Assembly (NCBI GenBank): GCA_001790445.1
Contig: MGCQ01000007.1
Location: 17,030 to 58,805, forward strand
Origin: Candidatus Saccharibacteria bacterium RIFCSPHIGHO2_12_FULL_41_12
GTDB taxonomy: Bacteria; Patescibacteriota; Saccharimonadia; Saccharimonadales; 2-12-FULL-41-12
Length of the DNA stretch: 41,776 nt
Direction of reading: 5' to 3'
Part shown: positions 36,049 to 41,776 of the stretch, piece by piece
How positions within the stretch are numbered: position 1 is the first letter of the stretch
Layout of the letters: every line of letters begins with the position of its first letter
Translations under genes and position numbers: made by a program
Notes under the pieces: model-generated
Seen by the model: the letters and a program-made list of their open reading frames with translations, nothing else
What the model was told of the DNA's origin: nothing
Database searches by the model: none

Positions 36049-38514
36049 AGGTATAATCCGAAAGATATTGAACCCAAATGGCAAAAACTTTGGGAAGAAA
36101 AAGGTACGTATAAAGCGGATCTAAATAGTTCCAAGCCAAAGTATATCGCCATGAGCATGTTCAACTACCCGAGTGGTGCAGGCATTCACATTGGACATGC
36201 TATGAATTACACAATTAGTGACGTAAAAGCGCGTTTTAAAAGACAAAATGGCTATGAGAGCTATCATCCTGTTGGTTGGGACGCCTTTGGATTGCCTGCA
36301 GAAAATTACGCTATCAAGGCGGGCGTTTCGCCTCAGAAGAGTATGGCAACAATTATTCCAAAATACCATAAACAATACAGGGCGATGGGCTGGAGCAATG
36401 ATTGGTCAAAGGAGATATCGACCCATACACCTGAGTATTACAAGTGGACGCAGTGGATTTTTAGCCAAATGTATAAAAATGGGCTAGCATATCAAGACGC
36501 ACGCATGCAGTGGTGGTGCGAAAAATGTCAGACAGTTTTGGCTAACGAGCAAGTTATTGACGGAAAATGCTGGCGGCATGATGGGTCAGATGATCCAACA
36601 GTAGAAAAGAAGGAAGTCAAGCAATGGTTTTTCAAAATCACAGAGTATGCGGATGAACTTTTAGATTCAATAGACGGATTAGACTGGACCGAAAGTGTCA
36701 AATTAGCTCAAAAAAACTGGATCGGTAAAAGCGTTGGAGCAGATATAGATTTCAAGATTTGGGGTGGCAACCAGTCAATTTCGGTCTTTACAACCAGAGC
36801 TGATACGTTATTTAGTGCAGCCTTCATTGTTCTTGCACCTGAACATGATCTTGTAAATCAAATCACTAGCTCAAAAAACAAACCAGAAGTCGAGGCATAT
36901 CAGAAAGCAGCTCAACTAAAGAGTGAAATTGAGAGACAAGCAGTCACCGACAAAGAAAAATCAGGCGTTTTTACTGGCGCCTACGCAGTTAACCCTGCAA
37001 ACGACGAAAAAATACCGATTTGGGTTGGTGACTTCGTTCTGGCGGGTTATGGAACTGGTGCTGTTTTTGGTGACATCCATGATGAAAGAGATTTTCAATT
37101 TATCAATAAATTTAATATTCCGGCTAAAGTTACTGTTATACCTGAAGATTTGGGTGAGGCAGAACGCGTTAAAAATAAAGAGTATTCTTACACAAAAGAA
37201 GGAGTATTAATCGACTCAGGCAAGTTTAGTGGGATGCGTTCAGAAATTGCTCGAGACGCAATTATTCAATGGCTTAGCCAGAACAAAGTTGCAACCGAAA
37301 AAGTAAACTACAAAATGCGGGATTGGAGTGTTAGTCGTCAGCGCTATTGGGGTGCACCGATACCGATAATTAACTGCGAAAAATGTGGGACTGTACTTGT
37401 TCCAGATGATCAGTTGCCAGTTGTGTTGCCTGAGCTTGAAGATTTTCAACCAAGTGGAGACGGACGTAGTGCCCTTGCTCGCGCAAAAGATTGGTTAACC
37501 GTGGATTGTCCAAAGTGTGGCAAAAAAGCCGAGCGCGAAACAGACACGTTGGATACATACATTTGTAGCAGCTGGTATATGTATCGGTATTTTGACCCGA
37601 AAAACGATGAGAAAATATTTGATTCTGACGTTATTAACCACTGGATGCCGATAGATTTTTATAACGGCGGGGACCATGCGACAGCACATCTACTATATGC
37701 AAGGTTCATAGCACGGTTTTTCACCAAAATTGGCATTGTTGACAACCCGGAACCTTTCAAACACATGCTGTTTAATGGCAAGGTAACGGCCAGTGACGGC
37801 AGTGCCTTTAGCAAGTCGAAAGGCAACGGCGTTGATCCTCTAGAGATCATTGAGCAAGGTTATGGCGCTGATGCGCTCCGGACGTATTTGATGTTTGCTG
37901 CTCCTCTTGAATTCGGCGCACGCTGGGACCCACAGGGTGTCCCTGGTGCATATCGATTTTTGTCGCGTCTTTGGACTCTTGTGCAGGAGTATCTTGGCGC
38001 TAAAAAAGCACCAATTAGTCAAGAGGTTGAGAAAGAATTACTGCGTATAACACATTCAACCATCAAAAAGATGTCTGAGGATATAGAAGCAAACCGCTAC
38101 AATACGGCAATTGCCGCCGCTATGGGCGGAGTCAACGCCCTGTATAAACTAAAAACGGATGCTCTTAGCAACGGTGCAGCTTGGAAAACTGCGCTTGAGG
38201 CTACGGTAGCTTGCGTGGCACCTTTTGCGCCGCATATTGCAGATGAATTATGGGCTCAGCTGGGCAATGAGTCGAGCGTTCAGATTGATAGTTGGCCCAA
38301 GCACAACGATAGATATATTGTGACCGATAAAATCAAAATAGTCGTACAGATTAATGGAAAACTTCGTGGAATGGTTGAAGCATCCAAAGATACGAAGCAA
38401 AAAGATTTAGAAGAGTTGACCAAGAATGAAGAGAACGTAGCAAAACATTTACAGGGCAAAACTATCAAAAAAGTGATTTATGTTCCAGGTAAACTTATCA
38501 ATTTTGTCGTATAG
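36046..38514 (+). CDS. leuS: leucine--tRNA ligase
   Basis: MFNYPSG.GIHIGH, GWDAFGLPAENYA, QKNWIGKS, SRQRYWG.PIP, AFSKSKGN. Confidence 0.97.
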   Translation: MRYNPKDIEPKWQKLWEEKGTYKADLNSSKPKYIAMSMFNYPSGAGIHIGHAMNYTISDVKARFKRQNGYESYHPVGWDAFGLPAENYAIKAGVSPQKSMATIIPKYHKQYRAMGWSNDWSKEISTHTPEYYKWTQWIFSQMYKNGLAYQDARMQWWCEKCQTVLANEQVIDGKCWRHDGSDDPTVEKKEVKQWFFKITEYADELLDSIDGLDWTESVKLAQKNWIGKSVGADIDFKIWGGNQSISVFTTRADTLFSAAFIVLAPEHDLVNQITSSKNKPEVEAYQKAAQLKSEIERQAVTDKEKSGVFTGAYAVNPANDEKIPIWVGDFVLAGYGTGAVFGDIHDERDFQFINKFNIPAKVTVIPEDLGEAERVKNKEYSYTKEGVLIDSGKFSGMRSEIARDAIIQWLSQNKVATEKVNYKMRDWSVSRQRYWGAPIPIINCEKCGTVLVPDDQLPVVLPELEDFQPSGDGRSALARAKDWLTVDCPKCGKKAERETDTLDTYICSSWYMYRYFDPKNDEKIFDSDVINHWMPIDFYNGGDHATAHLLYARFIARFFTKIGIVDNPEPFKHMLFNGKVTASDGSAFSKSKGNGVDPLEIIEQGYGADALRTYLMFAAPLEFGARWDPQGVPGAYRFLSRLWTLVQEYLGAKKAPISQEVEKELLRITHSTIKKMSEDIEANRYNTAIAAAMGGVNALYKLKTDALSNGAAWKTALEATVACVAPFAPHIADELWAQLGNESSVQIDSWPKHNDRYIVTDKIKIVVQINGKLRGMVEASKDTKQKDLEELTKNEENVAKHLQGKTIKKVIYVPGKLINFVV

Positions 38515-38604
38515 TTTTTGGTCAAGCTCGGCATCTAAGATATAATTACTATAAATAGTTGTCAATCAAAGCCAAATGCTTTGATTCAGAAAGGAGTAAA
38601 TTAA

Positions 38605-38745
38605 GTGGGAAAACCGAAAAAAAGGACTTCTCATCGTAAAACTGGCTTGAGGCGTAGCCATCTAGCGCTTAAACTGGCTCGTGCAGTGAATTCAAAAAGC
38701 CCCATTAAAGTATTTACAACAAAGAAACAGTCTCCAAAGGTTTAG
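38605..38745 (+). CDS. rpmF: 50S ribosomal protein L32 (Cys-free type), absent from ORF track
   Basis: GTG start after AAGGAG; MGKPKKRTSHRKTGLRRSH...; TAG at 38743-45. Confidence 0.88.
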   Translation: MGKPKKRTSHRKTGLRRSHLALKLARAVNSKSPIKVFTTKKQSPKV

Positions 38746-38804
38746 TAATTAGATTATTTAGTGTAAACAGAGTAAAATAAACTTAAAGAAGTAGAATTAA
38801 CAAT

Positions 38805-39299
38805 ATGGCATCGAACAGGCATTTGAGTAGAATAATAGTCCTCCAAACCCTCTACGAATTTGACTTTCGTGGAGATGCGGGCGACAACAGTGCCGATATT
38901 GACGAGATATTGAACAGAAATCTCGAAAGATACAAATCTGCCGTTGACGACAAAAAGTTTGCCAAAAACATGACAATTAGCGTACACAAGTTGGCCAGCA
39001 GTTTGGATGAGCAACTGCAACCTTTGGCGCCGGATTGGCCAATTGCCCAGATAGCACGGGTAGATAGAGTTATATTAGAGATTGGTGCTTACGAATTACA
39101 GCATCACCCAGATGTTCCCCCAAAAGTGGTCATCAATGAGGCAGTAGAATTAGCAAAAAGTTTTGGCGGTGAAAATTCTTCAAAATTTATTAACGGGGTT
39201 CTAGGTAGCCTCTTAAAACAACTCAAGCCAGAGGAGTTTGGCGATAAATCAAAAATAAAGAAAAAGAAAGTCGCAAAAAAGAATAAATTAGCAGACTAA
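38805..39299 (+). CDS. nusB: transcription antitermination factor NusB
   Basis: RH.SR...[30 protein letters not shown]. Confidence 0.95.
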   Translation: MASNRHLSRIIVLQTLYEFDFRGDAGDNSADIDEILNRNLERYKSAVDDKKFAKNMTISVHKLASSLDEQLQPLAPDWPIAQIARVDRVILEIGAYELQHHPDVPPKVVINEAVELAKSFGGENSSKFINGVLGSLLKQLKPEEFGDKSKIKKKKVAKKNKLAD

Positions 39300-39310
39300 A
39301 GGAGTGAGTA

Positions 39311-39814
39311 GTGGTTAAAAAACCAAATACGAACATCAACAAAATCAAGAAATTTTTCCCGAAGAGGAATTTTATCATCAAGGAGGCCGTAAAAGAGCCA
39401 ACTAGTGGTGGTATGATTTTTCGTCGTGATAAAAATAATTCAATTGAGATATTGTTGATCCAAGATGCAAAAAATCGTTGGACAATACCAAAGGGCCACA
39501 TAGAAAAAGGAGAGACAGCCAAGGAAACAGCAGAACGTGAGATCAAAGAAGAAACCGGACTTAAAGAGATGACGGTTTTGGGCTATTTGGGAAAGATAAA
39601 CTTTCGATACAGGCGAATGACTAGTTTGGTGCTGATGACCACAGAGATATTCCTAGTCCGAGCAGAGGGTGATAGTTCAAATCTTAAACCAGAAGAATGG
39701 ATGAACGGCATCAAATGGTTTGCAGCAACAGATGCTTTGGACAAAATCGAGTATGAGGATATAGGCAAGTTAATCTTGCTAGGATTAAAAAAAATAAGGG
39801 ATCAAAATTTATAG
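39311..39814 (+). CDS. NUDIX hydrolase
   Basis: PKGHIEKGE....TAEREIKEETGL Nudix box. Confidence 0.92.
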   Translation: MVKKPNTNINKIKKFFPKRNFIIKEAVKEPTSGGMIFRRDKNNSIEILLIQDAKNRWTIPKGHIEKGETAKETAEREIKEETGLKEMTVLGYLGKINFRYRRMTSLVLMTTEIFLVRAEGDSSNLKPEEWMNGIKWFAATDALDKIEYEDIGKLILLGLKKIRDQNL

Positions 39815-39817
39815 TTT

Positions 39818-40558
39818 ATGTTTGATGTATCAAAATATATAGTTTTTGCAAAAGAAAAACTCAAAGTTAAGTTCGACAATATAGATATTTTAATAACAGC
39901 TTTTACCCATCGGTCATATCTCAATGAACACAAAAAAACCGTCAAGGAACACAATGAACGGCTTGAATTTTTAGGTGATGCTGTGCTTGAGTTGGTAGTT
40001 ACTGAATATCTTTATCTGAATTATAAAGAGGCCGAGGGTATTTTGACAAACTGGCGGAGTGCTCTTGTTCGGACAGAAAGCATTGGCGAGGCTGCCACAA
40101 AACTTGATTTTGAACCACTTTTGCGACTAAGCCGTGGAGAAAAAAGAGGTTCCGACAGAGCCAGAGCTCAGATACTGGCCAACGCATATGAGGCTGTAAT
40201 CGGTGCGATATATCTTGACCAAGGATATGAAGTGAGCAAACAATTTATTTTGGACACGTTAGTTGTCACTTTGCCTGAAATTCTTGAGACGGGGTCCTGG
40301 ATGGACGCAAAGAGCTACTTGCAGGAATTGTCTCAGAGTATAGAGGGGTTCACTCCAGTATATCGAGTTCTGGTTGAGGACGGCCCCGATCACGAAAAAA
40401 CATTCACTGTAGGCGCTTTTGTTGGTGAGAAGCTACGCGGTCAGGGCATGGGTCCGAGTAAGCAAATAGCCCAGCAAAAAGCTGCAAGTGAAGCTTTGGA
40501 ATACTACAGAAGCGTCCAGAGTAATATGAAAATTGACAAGAAGGGCAAGAAAAGTTAA
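39818..40558 (+). CDS. rnc: ribonuclease III
   Basis: NERLEFLGDAVL signature, C-terminal dsRBD. Confidence 0.97.
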   Translation: MFDVSKYIVFAKEKLKVKFDNIDILITAFTHRSYLNEHKKTVKEHNERLEFLGDAVLELVVTEYLYLNYKEAEGILTNWRSALVRTESIGEAATKLDFEPLLRLSRGEKRGSDRARAQILANAYEAVIGAIYLDQGYEVSKQFILDTLVVTLPEILETGSWMDAKSYLQELSQSIEGFTPVYRVLVEDGPDHEKTFTVGAFVGEKLRGQGMGPSKQIAQQKAASEALEYYRSVQSNMKIDKKGKKS

Positions 40559-40628
40559 AATTATACGCATAGATTGTATTATCAAAACGTTAAATTATTG
40601 TTAAGGAAGTGAGATTTTGTTTTAGTTT

Positions 40629-41114
40629 ATGTTAAGTATCAGAATGCAGCGGCTAGGTCGCAAAGGTTATCCAACGTACCGCATGGTTGTTCAGGACAAG
40701 CGGCAATCACCAACAAGCGGCAAAGTGATAGCACTAATTGGCAACTATAATCCACATACCAAAGAAGCCAATATAGACAAAGAAGTAGCTACCAAGTTTT
40801 TGTCTAACGGAGCTCACCCCAGCCCAAGAGCTGTTGCTTTATTAAAATCACAGGGTGTAAAAATTCCAAAATGGGTAAAATCAGAGAAGAAAACACAGAA
40901 ACCAATTAAGAATTCTGAAAAACTTCGTAAAAATCGCCCTGCAGAAGATGTAAAATCAGAAAAATCTAAAGAAGTTGAGGCACCGGCAGAAACCCCAGAA
41001 ACTGAAGTAACAGAAGACAAAGCAGAAGCCAAGCCAGAAGAGTCTGCGACAGACGTGCCTGCGGAAGAATCAGCGCCAGAGTCTGACAAAAAAGAACCTA
41101 CAAAAGAAGCCTGA
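40629..41114 (+). CDS. rpsP: 30S ribosomal protein S16 with acidic C-terminal extension
   Basis: IRMQRLGRK..P.YR.VV.D, G.YNP, GA.PS. Confidence 0.95.
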   Translation: MLSIRMQRLGRKGYPTYRMVVQDKRQSPTSGKVIALIGNYNPHTKEANIDKEVATKFLSNGAHPSPRAVALLKSQGVKIPKWVKSEKKTQKPIKNSEKLRKNRPAEDVKSEKSKEVEAPAETPETEVTEDKAEAKPEESATDVPAEESAPESDKKEPTKEA

Positions 41115-41136
41115 GGCTCTCTTTTATCTTTGTGCA

Positions 41137-41299
41137 ATATAGGATTTTCGCACTTTCAGCCATCCCCAACCCTCACCTGACTGGCTGAAAACAACAGGTA
41201 TTCTTTCGATGTAACCTGCTACCTCTCAATAATCCCAGTAGTTTTCATCTAAGCCATATTGAGCTCTGTGAATTGGCGTAAAATACGAAAGTCCTATAT
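41137..41299 (+). ncRNA. candidate multi-stem structured RNA between rpsP and khpA
   Basis: closing stem 41137-50/41286-99 enclosing three hairpins. Confidence 0.5.
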
Positions 41300-41338
41300 A
41301 ATCAAAATATCAGAAATTAACAATCGAGGAGATAATTC

Positions 41339-41776
41339 ATGAGTAGTATTGATCAACAATTTGTTGAATTTGTTGTAAAATCAATTGTCAGCAATCCGGA
41401 TTCAGTCCAGATAACAAGAACAATAGACGAAAAGGGTGTGTTATTAGAACTAACTGTTTCGCCTGACGATCTAGGTAGAGTTATTGGTAAAAAAGGAGCA
41501 ACTGCACAAAGCATTCGAACGCTTCTACGAGCCCTAGGTACCAAAAACGAGGCCAGATACAATCTAAAAATAGTTGATAACGGCGAACCACGACCTGATA
41601 GAGCAGAGAGAGGTGAATCATCAGAGAATTCCGGCGGTTGGGGAGATGCCACGTCAAGTAGCGACGATGTCCAGATGGCTGAAACCAGTGAGCCAACAGC
41701 AGAACCAGTCGTAACGTCAGCAGAAGAACCAGCAGCAGAACAAGCAGAAACGGCTCAAGAAGAGCCAAAACAAGAT
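41339..41776 (+). CDS. khpA: KH-domain RNA-binding protein KhpA, 3'-truncated; absent from ORF track
   Basis: MSSIDQQFVEFVVKSIV.NPD.V...DLGRVIGKKGATAQSIRTLL; follows rpsP; SD GAGGAG. Confidence 0.9.
   Translation, partial: MSSIDQQFVEFVVKSIVSNPDSVQITRTIDEKGVLLELTVSPDDLGRVIGKKGATAQSIRTLLRALGTKNEARYNLKIVDNGEPRPDRAERGESSENSGGWGDATSSSDDVQMAETSEPTAEPVVTSAEEPAAEQAETAQEEPKQD

Noticed and set aside
37800-37830. AFSKS in place of KMSKS as LeuRS inactivation
   Set aside because: The catalytic second Lys is retained and the rest of the enzyme is intact.

Overview
A 41.8-kb window of a small-genome bacterium, most likely Patescibacteria/CPR and Saccharibacteria-like (inferred from gene content, gene order and sparse metabolism; TGA acts as a stop). 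The housekeeping backbone comprises a PepP-like peptidase, secG, an ABC substrate-binding protein, an FAD oxidoreductase, lemA-htpX, ligA, murF-ddl, a class IV aminotransferase, leuS, rpmF-nusB-NUDIX-rnc, rpsP-khpA and 8 tRNAs. It is interrupted by accessory DNA: a surface protein ending in a CLec-like (DGR-target-like) domain, bracketed by a ~70-bp direct repeat, and an integrase-less island downstream of tRNA-Gly. In that island, single-gene cassettes (CDF transporter, HTH-Fic) are separated by folded 90-bp tRNA-Gly-derived units. They are followed by a type I R-M locus carrying three inserted genes (DUF3800-like with downstream hairpins, a membrane-anchored hypothetical, an RloC-like ATPase). 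The most unusual non-coding signals are the tRNA-derived cassette separators, repeated hsdM 3'-end fragments, a ~175-nt three-way-junction RNA that hides the leuS start codon, nested heptamer inverted repeats around a four-helix-bundle gene, a T-arm-deleted tRNA-Glu-like sequence, and widespread leaderless promoters. All calls come from reading motifs by eye; no database searches or folding programs were run.
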